DNA from: Octopus sinensis
Lineage: Eukaryota
Reading direction: 5' to 3'
Assembly: GCF_006345805.1 (NCBI RefSeq)
Contig: NC_043011.1
Location: forward strand, 56,804,464-56,868,463
Length of the DNA stretch: 64,000 nucleotides
Shown one piece after another: positions 10,986 through 24,474 of this stretch. The notes below the pieces were generated by a model, which saw only the letters and a list, made by a program, of their open reading frames with translations, did not search any database and was not told where the DNA came from. Each line of letters begins with the position of its first letter. The stretch's first letter is position 1. Made by a program: the position numbers and the translations under genes.

Positions 10986-11987
10986 ATACTGCGCGTGTCT
11001 TAGCTTTTGTAACATTCATTTCTTGGATCTTCGTTTATTTATATTTAAACAATGATGTATTTGGTTGGTTGTTGAATGAAGCCTTTATCACTTGGTCTTA
11101 ATTCGATTCCATGTGTATTTCATAGACAGCGAACAAATTTTATTTAATCGTTAATAACAATAATAACATCACCTGGGAATCTAAAATATATTTTTAAATC
11201 CCCACATTTCCAGACATTCATTATCCTCTCTGTCCTTCATTATTATTTAGCCTTTTTTATAAGTCATTCTTTATTTTGGTTTATTTTTCTTCCCAGAGAA
11301 GGAAGAAGCATCCTATATCTATGTTCTCTGTGTGTGTGTGTGTTTTTTTAATGCTGTAAACTAAATCTTTAAATTCCTTAGTAATTTTGGCAATTCCAAC
11401 ATGAGTCTCTGGTTTAAACGAAAACTATGTGATAGAAGGAAACAGAAAAAATATTTATATATATAAACCATTCTGTGAGACTTTGCTGCTTCTTTTGGAA
11501 ACGTAATTTACTGAGCATTTCTAAGACACAGTTTCAATTTCTTTGAATATTTTATTTCACTTAAAAATAAATGTTTACAATGTCTTAGAATTCCTGTGAT
11601 CACTGCTGGTTCGCTAATTGCATGACAAATATTTATAATTAAAAGAATGGAAAGGTTTTTTTTTTAAAAACAGTACGTATAACTTAAAAAAAAGATAAGG
11701 CAGTTATGTGCACTTAACTGTGTGTGTGTGTGTGTGTATATATGTATATTATATACATATATACTGTCTCATTCATGTGTGTGTGTGTATATGTATATTA
11801 TATACACACACGCATACATTGGTGTTCTATTTACAAAACATTAATGTATGCTTGAGGTGTGATTTTTAAAAAATTTGTTTATAATTTGAAATATATACTC
11901 AAGTGTGATCATCTGATGTTTCGCATTTCTAATAAGTTGGAACTGTCAGTGTGTGTGTATACATATATACATACATACATACATACA

Positions 11988-12028
<41 letters not shown>

Positions 12029-12339
12029 ATATATATATATATATAGCAATAATAATTCTCTAAAAGCAGTTATATATATATATATATATATTATATATAC
12101 ACTCGCAAGCGCGCAAAATACGTGTTTGTGTGTATCCATACACATTGTCATACACACATGACAATGTGGCTTTTTTCCCCGTCTAATAATGAAAGTAGGT
12201 CTTTGAACACACACACACACACACACCGTATATTCATTCTATCGCATCTTCTCCCCATGCATTATTTGTTGATGCGATTGTGTTGCTCTATTGATGCATT
12301 TTCCCGAGTCAAATGGACACATTTTTCAATCTGTACCTG

Positions 12340-12372
<33 letters not shown>

Positions 12373-12750
12373 AAATTTAACTACAAGGATTGTGTACACA
12401 CACACATATGCGCGCGCACACACAGACATTGTAATCGCTAATGTTTTCGATAGTTGAGAAACGAAGCATGCCGTGATGGCAACCTTTATTATTCCCTATC
12501 TGTTGAGATTAACCAACTGCAAGGAGCCCAATAATCGATCGACGTGGAATCTTCATAGCTAATATTATACTTACTTCTCCTCTTCGCTCCACTGTTGTTT
12601 GTTTACTCTTTCCTTTTCCTCTGTCACCTGTTTTCCGTCTATTCTTCATGTTAACCCAGCTTATCCAGACCTGATTAAGGGATCAGCTCAGATTTACATC
12701 ATTGGAAGCGCTGCCTGTATTTAGATTATATTATCTGGATACAACATGTG

Positions 12751-12784
<34 letters not shown>

Positions 12785-13418
12785 AAATGTATGTATATAT
12801 ATATAAATGTATGTATATATGAAGCCGATACTTGTTCGTTACAACCAATACAAGATTGGGTGATGAAACTGGGATTAGGTTTTAACTGTCTCATTTAATG
12901 CATTATTTTGTTGTGTGGATAGGTGGATGGATGGATGCACTTGTGTGTGTGTGTATATACATACAAGCATACATACCAATACAATTCACATATATATATT
13001 TATATATATGTGTACTTGTGCGCATATGTCTGTGTATACATGCAATCATATATATATATATATATATGTATACATGAATATATGCACAGATATATACATA
13101 CACACACATGCTCTCTTCGTGTATATATGTGTACATGTGTATTATTCACGCATTCGTACATGCACTTTGTGTCTCTATACACACACGCGCGCGCCTATTC
13201 TCTCTCTCTCGCGCGCACACACACATATGTAAGAATAAATTAATGTATTGATTTTTTTCCCTGTATTTCTTACATTCCTATAAATTTTGAAGTCCTTGTA
13301 CCAATTAAACGGGAACCATAAAGATTAAATATGCTCGCATTTCATTTTATTTCGTGTAAAATATATATTTATGCCCGTCAACGACACACATACATACATA
13401 TATGTGTTTGTGTGAGGG

Positions 13419-13456
<38 letters not shown>

Positions 13457-13714
13457 ATATGTGGCACTCAATATCGCCACATGGTGGCTAATAACACAAC
13501 TGTCTGTATTTGTTTTTCTTCAGTCAATGCCAGATCGTTGCAGCCTCATTTACTGTAAATTCTGCCCTTCTTCTTCTTCGTCTTCTCCTTCTTCTTCTCC
13601 ATCCTCCAAACGTGCAGCTTCCTCATAGTTTTCCCCCACAACTACAATAAATTCGATGCAGTGAAAAATGACGTCAAAATCAATTCTCCCGGTGTGTTTT
13701 CCCCCTCACACACT

Positions 13715-14345
13715 CTACATTAGAGTATCTCTCTCTCTCTTTCTCTCCTCCCTCTCTCTCTCTCGTTTTACTCTGTTCATCTTTCTCTCTTTCTCTCCTC
13801 AACCCTGTCATATCTTTCTCTTCCTTTCTCCTCCCACTTCACTCATTCCCTATCTTCCTCGTCAACTGTTTTACGTCCCTTTCTGTTTGTCTTACTCTCT
13901 TTTCTCTCTCCCTCGCTCTCTCTATCTCTCCCATTTACTTTCTCTTTCGTTCTCCTTTCTCTCTCTCTCTCATTTCTGTTCGCCTCTTTTTCTCTTTATC
14001 AATTTCTCCTTATTTCTGTGGTCTTTCTCTCCCTGTCTCCCATACATTTTCTTTTCGAATCTCTCTTTTCTCTCCCCAGTCCTCTTTACTATTTCCATCT
14101 CATTCCTCTCTCTCTCTCTCACTCACACACACACACATATACATATACACACACATACATCCTGCTGTCGGTTAAGAGAACCACATCTTTCTTCCCTGCG
14201 TGTCAGACTGGATTGTCTGGCTTTTCAAATAACAATAACGCGAATAATAATAATAATGATAATAATGATTATAATAATAATAATAATAATGATGGTGATG
14301 CTGATGATAACAGCAACAATAATGATAACAATAACAATAAATAAA
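13715..14345. repeat. CT-rich polypyrimidine tract, (CA)n and (AAT/GAT)n low-complexity block
   Basis: Direct reading. Confidence 0.9.
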
Positions 14346-15868
14346 GAAAATTGAACAAAAAAACTTCTGATATCTTTTTTTCCTCTTGGAATCCTGTAAC
14401 AACCCAATTTTGTGCGCGCGTGCGAGCGATGTGTGTGTTATCTATATTTTCCGCTCCCCCCCTCTCTTCCCTCCCCAATCAATATATTCAACATCATGGC
14501 ACTTAGTTTTGGCATTGTTATGATAATTATGGCGCGATATCTTTGAATTATTTTTCCTTTTTTTCCATTTAAATATTTTTTTCTTTTCGTTTGCCCAATT
14601 CAATCTTTATATTCTCTTCTTCATTTCTTGTTCTGTCTCTCTCAGATATTCTCTCCTGAAAAATCTGCCTTGGTTTGTCTATCTCTCTGTATATGTGTCG
14701 TGTTGTTATGTCTAACTCACCACTATTCCCAAATGTGTATTTCTATAAGGTTAAATACTCTCTATCGATTTTAGGTTGAAGAGAGGCTTCGTTCAAATGT
14801 GTCTATTTTGACAGCTTCTGTTGACTTTTTAAATTGTTGTTATTCTTTGTTAGTGACGGTGGTGGTGATGCTAGAATCTTGAAATTGTTATAGTTTTATG
14901 TTTTGTCATGTCGCCTAAAATATATTAGCCGAGGTTAGTAACAGATCGGTTTAATCGAATATAACCCATACGAAAATTAGCAGCCTGTAACAATCCCTCC
15001 AGAGCTAAAGATACCGACTAAAGCCTGAACAGCTGTCTGTCTACAAGATCGTTTCAACGTTAACAGGAAGTGTTTCAGAACTTTCTGCAAATAAACGAGT
15101 TTTCTGAACGAAAACAAATTGAGTATTCTATTGTAATTCTATTCATGTGCGCATAATTTGCGGGCATACTTGTTTTGTATCTATATGTATGTATATAATC
15201 GAATTTGTTTGTGTGAATACGCACACAGACACCTTGTTATATTTGGGGATGGTCGCCGTTTTTGAATTAAACACTACCGCTATTTATTTGATCTTCACTT
15301 TATTATTTATTATTATTTGTCATTGTTTTTTCTTCACACGTTCTGTGACCTCTTCAGCGACTTTCTGTCCCACGTGTCTCCTCTCGCCCTTTTTATATCC
15401 TGGGGAATTTATATGGGACTCACAGCCAATGACCTCGAGGATAAGTTCATTCAGCATCTACCAATGTGGAGACATGGAACTCCATGTACTATATCCTCTG
15501 GAAGCTCCTGGTTCTGCTAAAGTACATTCCCAGTATAACCTTGAATATTCTTAAAGGTACCACTTTAGTCCCATGGGGCAAACAACTACTGACTTTGTCA
15601 TTATTAGAAACAGCATATATTGCAGTAGTCAGCTATATACTTCAACAAGAAAACTTAACTGTCATACAGCTACCTCTGGAGGAGCTCTTTGTCAGCTTGT
15701 TTCTCACATATATATGTGTTTGTATCTATCTATCTATATATGAATGTGCATGTGTGTGTATATATATATATATGAGTGCATATATAGGTGTATGTGTGTG
15801 TGTGTATATATACACGCACAATGCACACATTCTTATGTATTTATACACACATACACTATTGTACTTAA

Positions 15869-16091
15869 CTCATTAAATCCTACTGTCCTATAAATAGGAC
15901 ACCAAATGAGAACATTAAATAAGCTATATCACATTGTTCCAGTGTCCTATTTATAGGACACCAAGTATTTCCATTTCTACTTGAAATAAAGGAGTTTTCA
16001 TAATTATTTTTTTCATTTTAACCTATCTTTAATCGTCTGTAAAAATTTTAAAGTAATATTCAGAAATTTAAGTACTCTGGGACTTAATGGG
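15869..16091. mobile_element. TTAA-flanked MITE (piggyBac-type), family 1
   Basis: TTAA|CTCATTAAATCC ... GGGACTTAATGGG|TTAA, an imperfect TIR with TTAA on both sides. Confidence 0.75.
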
Positions 16092-19000
16092 TTAAACTTT
16101 TCGCTCTGCACCGAACATAAGCCTTGACAACTTTTATCCTGTTCTCCAGTCTGGGCAGTCTTCTTTGTGTATCTCTAGTTGGTACCCTCCTTTTCAACCC
16201 TGCTTCTGTATTCTACTTCCAGCTATTTCTTCCTCACTTCCTCTCCTGGGTCCATATATTTCCCTGAGGGAAGGCCTTCCTTTCCCATGTCTTGTTGGCA
16301 CTGAATTGTTGTCAATGATTCTGTAACTTTGCTTTTTGTCTAGGTAGTAGTTTTCTATGCAAACCCATTTCTTCTTCAGGGGAGAGGTGGGCCATATTAG
16401 TCTGGCCTCTGGACTTTGACCTGTCCTGCATGGAAGGCCCTTCTAGGGACTTGTGCTCTGCTGTCATAGCTCTCAGAGTCATTGAGGTACACAAGCTACT
16501 ACATTGCAACAAGGACTGGACCTTGTGAATATATTATTGTACTGGTCAATAATGCCATCAGATATGTTTTGCTTGATTAAATGTATTGAAAAATGATGAT
16601 GAAATATAGTGTAAATATTGGAAACTACATTTATATAGACAAGTATATACTCACTGTAGCAGACACTGTATTGTATCATCTTGAAAGAAACTCTTCTGGT
16701 TCAATTTTTGTTTCCATTATTACACAAATTGAAAGTTTTCTCATTCTTTCAAATCTGTCTTTACATCTGTTTCTTGTACAGTCTCATTTCAACATTTCTA
16801 TGTTTCATATATATGTGTGTATCTGTATACCTGTGCATGGGGGAGGGGGGACTGAGAGAGATAGAGAGAAGATTAATGTATAAACATCAAAGAATAAATC
16901 CATGGTAATTAAGAGGTCACTAATCAAGTTATTAGAGTGCTGTAAATCCAAGTGGGACCACCTTGCAGGTCTGTACCACTTAGTCAGCTAAACTGATCAT
17001 TAACATATTTAGCATTATATATGTGAGTGTGTATGCATGTGTTTGTGTATGTCTCTCCTCCACTGTTTGACAACCGGTGTTGGTTTGTTTACATTCCCAT
17101 AACATAGCAGTTCAGAAAAAGAAACTGATATAGGTACTAGATATGAAAAATAAAAAAAAATGTACTCAGGGTGATTTGTTTGACTAAAACCCCTTGAAGG
17201 TGATGCTCCAGCATGGCCACAGTTCAATAACTGAAACTTGTATAAAGTAGAGGTCATTTACTCTACAATTAAATTCTGTTTATGGATGTATTTAATCTGA
17301 GGATAAAAAGTCTGACAATGAAGCTTTGGTGTGCTTTAGGTGTTTTCGCCCAATAAACACTCACAACACCTGGTCTGGAAATTGAAACTGCGATCCTACA
17401 ACCGCGAGTTAGCTGCCCTAACCACTAGGTCGTTGTGCATCCAACACACACACACACACACATATATATATCTCACAATATATGGGTTCAGGTAAACCGG
17501 TAGTACTCAATAAAACAGCTCCTTAATGTATCATTGTGCAACCCATTTAGAATATACTAGCACTATGACCTGGCAATTGGAGTCAGCATACTTTACAGTG
17601 AGACACCTATATCTGTCCCTTCTGTGCCTTAAATCTCTCAGCTGGCACAAAACCACACTCCTGCAATACTACTATCCACCCCACTCCTAGTTGAGGGGGT
17701 CTTTGTCTTGCAATGCACTTGGGACCCTGTCAGTGCTTGTGCCTTGTAAAAAGCACCCAGTGCACTCTGTAAGGTGGTTGGTGTTAGGAATGGTGTCTAA
17801 GCATAGAAACCATGCCAAAATAGACAATGGTACCTGGTGTGACTCCCGGCCTTACCAGCTCCTGTGAAACCATCTAACCCATGCCAGCATGGAAAATGGA
17901 CGTTAAATGATGATGATGATGATGTTCACACACATACACATACATGGTAGGCTTCCAAACAGTTTCTTTTTTCCAAATTCACTTACAAGGTACTGGTTGG
18001 CTGAAATTGGTGTGCACTGGGAGTGAACCTGAAACCAAGCAGTTGCAATGTGAGTTTCTTAACCACAAAGCCCTGCCTCCAAAAAATGACCTGTATCATA
18101 GTTCAGTGAATTCATTGCGAAATGCAGAAATAGCTGCTAAATCTCCCTCCACTGTGAACCTACCATCTTTTGTAGAGCAAAGACTCGTTGAATGATGTAC
18201 TTTTAGATACACAAAACAACAGAATTGGTCAATGCTTCAGTGTGTGTGATCATAGGTCTTCTCACTCAAGGCCAGCCTGGGGCTAAACAGCAGTGACTTT
18301 TACAAGGCTTTACTTTTGTCTGTTTACAATGTCTGATGTTGTAACCATGGAGAGTCTACCGTTCAGCACAAAGACCCTGCAATGGCTCAAAAGTCCCCTT
18401 AGCATTTATCACAAACCAGTTAACAATGAATGTCACCTGAGGTTAGTTAATTATCCTAATGCCTTCTCTCTCACGCAGCCCATCTCCTCATCACTGCATA
18501 CAATGCTTCCCCCCCACCCCTACACTAATCAGGGTAGCTGCTCTGTTGTTCTGTCATCTACCCAGTTTAACTGTCCAGGATTAACCTGGACAGTTAAACT
18601 AGGTGTGCCTCCACACCTCAGTTGGATTATCATTAATTTGAATCATTCTGAGGACAATGAATATTCCTTGTCGTTTGACAATATTTTATTAAAACAATAT
18701 TCTATTTGTCTATCTATCTATCTATCTATCTATCTATTTAGATAGATAAAAATTAGTGTACATTTAAACACAAAAGAGGCGACCTTAACAGGATGCCTTA
18801 CATGCTAGAAGGAACAGTCGAAGTCCATATTACGGTTAAGAGCAATTTCAAAGGGAATGAAAAATAAAAACATTTACCATATTTTTCTCTGGACCTAGGT
18901 TTCAGACTTTTAGCAAATAGAATAATTTGCTAGGCAAAGTTCTCATTAGCGGGTACACCAAATTTTTATATGAAAAGTATATTGTCTATTGACTATTTTA

Positions 19001-21589
19001 TACATGCTGGGCCAATGGTAGAAAAATTTCTAAAATTTTCCTTCCCTGTATATTTTTAATATCTAGATAGATAGATAGATGTAGAAAGCAGGATAAATAG
19101 ATATAAAATACCATATGATATATATACATGTATATCTGAAAAGATTTACAGTAAAATAGATAATTGTTAAAAATATATGAAAGAAAATAAAAATATTTTG
19201 TGTATCATTTTAAGGCTACAGGTACTTCTAAATCACCGTGTGTATACATGTGTGTGTGTGTATGCATACACACACACACACATTCGCACACACACACACG
19301 CAAGCCTTTCTTTTACTGAAGTTGGCCCTGTGTCTTGTCTATTCAAAATCAATATTTCCATTGAAAAGAATCAGTGGAAACTGTTGACCCCTTCTTCCCT
19401 CCACCCTTGCCCCTCATTCCTTATATTGCTGTGTTTGTGCTTTGCTGCTCAAAATGACATGATCAGACAAAATCATCTGCTGAAAATAAACAAAGAAAAT
19501 TGGTTGAAATATTTGGCAACCTGATTTATTGTTGGACACATTTGATTTTTCTCATTCGAGGAAAAGTGAAAATGGTATTTTTGAAGAGAAGTTTAATTAA
19601 TTCCTTAATTTCCATATTTCTCAATTTTTTCACCATTCACTTGTATTTTGACCATTTCTTTCATTCATTCTACATCTCTTGGTGTCAGAGATGCTTATAA
19701 TTCTTGATAAATAGTTTCTTTCTCTTCTGCAAATGGTTCCTTGCTCAGACAATGATTTCTTATTTCCCAAAGATTGTTTCATTTTCTTCTTTGCATTGGT
19801 TTCCTGACAATTCTTGTATCTGTCCATTCATAGCATCATGTTATTGTGTACAACTATAAAAGGAACTATATATACATAGATTGGCTGACCGAAAACTCTC
19901 AGATTTTTCAATTCTATTTTACTATTATCAACATTTGCTGTTTCATTAAATTATGCAACCCAAATCCCAAAAGAATATTTTTCTCCCTCGTGTTCTGACC
20001 ACCTTAACTCTGGCACCCCCCTCTCTCTCTCTTTGCTTCACTCTGTCTGTCTGTCTCTCTCAGCCTCACTCTATCTGTCTGTCTCTCTCTTTCGATTATC
20101 ACTCGCTTCGCCAAGACTTACCCCATCACCAACACCACCACCATCCTATATAAACTAGTGCACGCACTTGGATTCCCCCACTCGATTTTTAATACCTCTG
20201 CCGAAGTATACGAATCTCAGAAGATGCTCAGATAAGAAATTTTGTCTTTTCAACCTTGTTCATCTACTCTTCTATTTCTGCGCAGTTCAACCATCTGGTT
20301 TGCCAGTCCTCAGTCAAATCCTCCAACCCATACTAGCATGGAAAGCGGACGTTAAACGATGATGATGATGATATATATATATATGTGTGTGTGTGTGTGA
20401 GTGTACGACAAGCTTCTTTCAGTTTCTATCTATCACATTCACTCACAAGGCATGGTTGGCCTATGGCTATGGTAAAAGGCACTTGCCCAGGGTGTCACAC
20501 AGTGGGACTGAACCTGGAATCATGTGGAAGGGAGGCAAGCTATTACACAGCCATGCTTGAAGATGAAAATGATATTTGTATATAACATCCAGCACTCTGT
20601 AAAGTGGTTGGCTTTAGGAAGGGCATCCAGCTGTAGAAACCATGTTATCTGGACAGCTCTCCACTGGCTGACCTGCTCCGTGTCAAACTGTCCAACTCAT
20701 GTCAGTATGGAAAACAGATATGAAATGATGATGATAAATATATGCACATACATACATGATGGATTACCTGTGGTTTCATGTATATATACAGCAGGCTTTA
20801 GTATGGTTTCTCTCTGCTAAGATTTATCATGAGGTGTTGTTCGGCTTGAGTCCATAGGAAAAGAAGTGCCATGCCAGGAGATCAAACCTGAAACTACATG
20901 ATTGCAATGGAAGCTTATTAACCACCAGACTCCAGTCTGACTTGGCATAGTTTTCTATGGCTGGATGCTCTTCTTAACGCCAACCACTTCGAGAGTGTAA
21001 TGGGTGCTTTTATGTGCCACTGGCATGAGTGCCATTTGTGTGACACCAGTATCTGCCATGACTGCAATTTTGCTTGGCTTCATGCGTTTTCTTCTCAAGC
21101 ACAACACTCAAAAAGAACTCTGCCACTTTATCTTCATGAGGCCCAATGTTCAAGAGGAACTCAGCCACTTTGCCTCCATATATATATATACATATTCTAA
21201 TTTTACATATTCAGTTTAGGGCTCTGGTTTTGCAAGTTACTTGGTGACCTCACTGGTGCTGGTGCCATGTGAAAAAGCACCCAATGCAGTCTATAAAGGT
21301 GCTGGCATTAGGAATAGCATTCAACCATAGAGACAGTGCGACAATAGAAACATATGATGTATGCTTCTGGCTTACCAACTCCTCTCAAACCCTCCAACCC
21401 ATGCCAGCATGGAAAATGGATGTTAAGTGGTGATTATGATGAGATTGTATTATGTGTGGATATTATTTGCTCTTTGTGTGTTTTCTTTGAATTGACAGGT
21501 TTCCAATATTGTATGAGAAGTCAATGTTGTTTTGTAATCAAGGCCAGTTCTATTTGCATACTATTATCATTATTATTATTATATCCCTT

Positions 21590-21925
21590 GTTGACAATGA
21601 CCAAGGACCTCATATGGGAGGGCATGGTGTGTCCAGCTGTGGCCAATCAATCTGATGCACATTTGGAAGGCTCTGCCTTTGGTTGGGCACTTGTGGTCTG
21701 CTGGGGCTGAAGGTGAGGACTTGGCTCTGGACTTGTCTAGTTTGTATTTTCTTTGTGCCTCAGCATTTCTGTTTCTGTTCATAGAAGTTGGTACCTCTGT
21801 TGGTGCTGCTTTGCCAGGCAGGGTGGTTTTGTGCTTGCATTTCCCACCTCAGGTTCAATCTCAGAGCTCAGTTTCAATAGGGAACTAACCAATTGACATT
21901 GGTTTCATGATCCAGTAATTCAACC
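21590..21925 (-). pseudogene. RTE-clade LINE 3' relic (C-terminus with degenerate C2H2-like motif)
   Basis: The minus strand reads ...AQNHPAWQSSTNRGTNFYE and KSRAKSSPSAPADHKCPTKGRAFQMCIRLIGHSWTH, matching the RTE A.DR..WR and CPTCGR.F...IGL.SH.RTH motifs. Confidence 0.7.
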
Positions 21926-22039
21926 CTCAATATGATTTCGTTGTTGTTGGAAACTGATCCATCAGATCTATTGTTAAACCTGTTTCAACCCTGATCATCC
22001 CACAACCACACATACACACACGCACATGTGTATATATGT

Positions 22040-22095
<56 letters not shown>

Positions 22096-22562
22096 ATATT
22101 CATACAAACATACATTTTATTAAAAGAAATAGGTGCAACAAAATGACTTTTGTGGTACTCATTTTTTAAAAATAAAACACTAATAGCCAATTCTTCACTC
22201 TAACAATCCTAATGACATTCCTCCGAATAGGTAGCTTGAAGAGTTATTACGCACACACCCACACACATTCATATACAATATATGTATGTCGTTTTACCAT
22301 CCACTTTGTGTGTGTGTGTGTGTAAACTAGTAAGCACATTTTTAGGCATTAAGTGCTATACGTCACTGTAACAACCCTGTTTCCCTCAATACATTTGTCT
22401 CACCCTCTAGACCCTACACGAAACATTCGTATCCAATCTTCTCTTACCAAAACTGCTTCCTTTTACAATAATTCTGCCTGCATTCTTCCAACGGATATCA
22501 ACATACAGAAGTTCCAAATGAACAACAACCAGATCGCTCTCACCAGCTTCAATGACTCTATC

Positions 22563-22627
<65 letters not shown>

Positions 22628-22633
22628 TGTGTG

Positions 22634-22877
22634 TATCGTTCCTGAGTCATATAGACTGATGAGGCCAGTTTCCTAGCTTCTGTTGTGCGTACATTCCCCA
22701 CCTGGACAGGATGCCAGTCTGTTGCATGATTACACTCTTTTGGCAGCTGAGTGGACTGGATCAACATTGAATGAAGTGTTTTGCTCAAGAACACAATGCA
22801 TTGCCCTGTCCAGGATTTGAAACCACAATCTTATCATCAGGAATCGAACACCCTAACCACTAAAGCCACACATCTAC
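22634..22877 (-). mobile_element. tRNA-derived SINE, family C; related copies at 34715-34875 (-), 36866-37230 (+), 48395-48690 (+), 61530-61763 (-)
   Basis: Copies share CAGCTGAGTGGACTGGA...GAAGTGTTTTGCTCAAGAACACAA...CCAGGA(T/A)T(T/C)GAAACCAC...CCTAACCACTAAGCC, with a box B-like GGTTTC(A/G)A on the element strand. Confidence 0.75.
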
Positions 22878-22919
22878 ACACACACACACACACACACATT
22901 TCATTTTCAAATGTGTGTA

Positions 22920-22961
<42 letters not shown>

Positions 22962-22962
<1 letters not shown>

Positions 22963-23372
22963 GCGCAGGAGTGGCTGTGTGGTAAGTAGCTTACTAACCA
23001 ACCACATGGTTCCGGGTTCAGTCCCACTGCGTGGCATCTTAGGCAAGTGTCTTCTGCTATAGCCCCGGGCCAACCACTGCCTTGTGAGTGGATTTGGTAG
23101 ACGGAAACTGAAAGAAGCCTGTCGTATATATGTATATATATATATATATATGGATAGATATGTGTATGTGTGTGTGTTTGTCCCCCTAGCTTTGCTTGAC
23201 AACCGATGCTGGTGTGTTTACGTCCCTGTCACTTAGCGGTTCGGAAAAGAGACCGATAGAATAAGTACTGGGCTTACAAAGAATAAGTCTCGGGCTCGAT
23301 TTGCTCGACTAAAGGCGGTGCTCCAGCATGGCCGCAGTCAAATGACTGAAACAAGTAAAAGAGTAAAAGAGT
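22962..23372 (+). mobile_element. Best-preserved tRNA-derived SINE, family A (reference copy)
   Basis: Box A-like TGGCTGTGTGGT, box B-like GGTTCAGTCCC, a central CTTGTGAGTGGATTTGGTAGACGGAAACTGAAAGAAG block, an internal (TA/TG)n, and a tail of GAAACAAGTAAAAGAGTAAAAGAG. CpGs are intact. Many further copies are in the window. Confidence 0.9.
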
Positions 23373-24088
23373 ATATATATATATATATTATATAATGCAC
23401 CCAACCTTAGGAAGGGCATCCAGTTGTAGAAACAATGTCACAACAGACAGTTGGAGTCTGGACAGCTCCCTGCTGGCCAGCACCATGTCAAACCAGTCAA
23501 CTCATGCCAGCATGGAAAGAGGATATTAAATGATGATGATGATGATGATGATGATGATAATGATGATTATATCTGCATGTGTGTGTGTGTGTGTGTGTGT
23601 AATCGGCATTGTTCCTCTTTGTATGGCTAATTAAGAAAAAACTTATTTTCGTCTGACTGCGGGGTGTCCCATCCAGCATAAGACATGGTAGGCGGTGGTG
23701 TGGGGGGTGGCGGGCTATTCATTTCATTCTGTTTTATCATCATGAAACTGGATCTCTTGTGCTGATCTATAAAAGTCACTTGATGCTTAAGAGACATTTC
23801 CATTCACAATACGTTTTACTTCTCCCATATGGCAATATATTTCACAGTCTACACTCTGCTATTGTATCTTGTAGTATTTATCCATTGGGCTTGTTTGTTT
23901 TTTTTCTCTTTTCTCTTTCTTTTTTTTTTTTTTGCTCAGCAGCAAACCACTTAACTTTTGACCCATAACCAGTTTATCTTTGTTGTTATGGTTTAATTCC
24001 CAAGTCTGTCCCTGATCAAGCAGGCTTTCCAGCCATGACCAACTTGGGGTTCTTTTATTTATTTATATATATATTTTTTTTGAAAAAA

Positions 24089-24474
24089 TGGCTGTGTTGT
24101 TAAGAAGCTTGCTTTGCAACCATGACACCTCAGGTTCAGTCCCATTGCATAGCAGCTTGGACAACACCCTTCTCCTATAGACCCAAGCTGACCAATGTGT
24201 TGGGAGTGAATATGACAAACAGAAACTGTGAAGAAGCTCAGTATATGTGTGTGTGTGTGTGTTTGTCTGTCTCCTTCACTGCTTGACAACCAGTATCAGT
24301 TTGTTTATGTCCCTGTAACTTAGTGGTTTGACAAAAGAGACCGATAGAATAAGTACCAGATTAAAAGAAAAAAAAACATAAATACTGGGATCCATTTGTT
24401 TGACCAAAACCCTTCAAGGTGCTGCTCCAGCATGGCTGCAGTCCAATGACTGAAACAAGTAAAACATGAAAGAT
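24089..24474 (+). mobile_element. tRNA-derived SINE, family A; further copies or fragments at 16985-17250, 17945-18075, 20400-20560, 24830-25040, 25835-26000, 28270-28445, 32760-32960, 40385-40540, 43500-43650, 47050-47250, 54670-54810, 59820-60125, 62975-63210
   Basis: Visual similarity to 22962-23372 on either strand. Confidence 0.8.

Noticed and set aside
22962-23035. tRNA-like sequences with box A and box B
   Set aside because: These are SINE heads continuing into the SINE body. No complete cloverleaf is evident.
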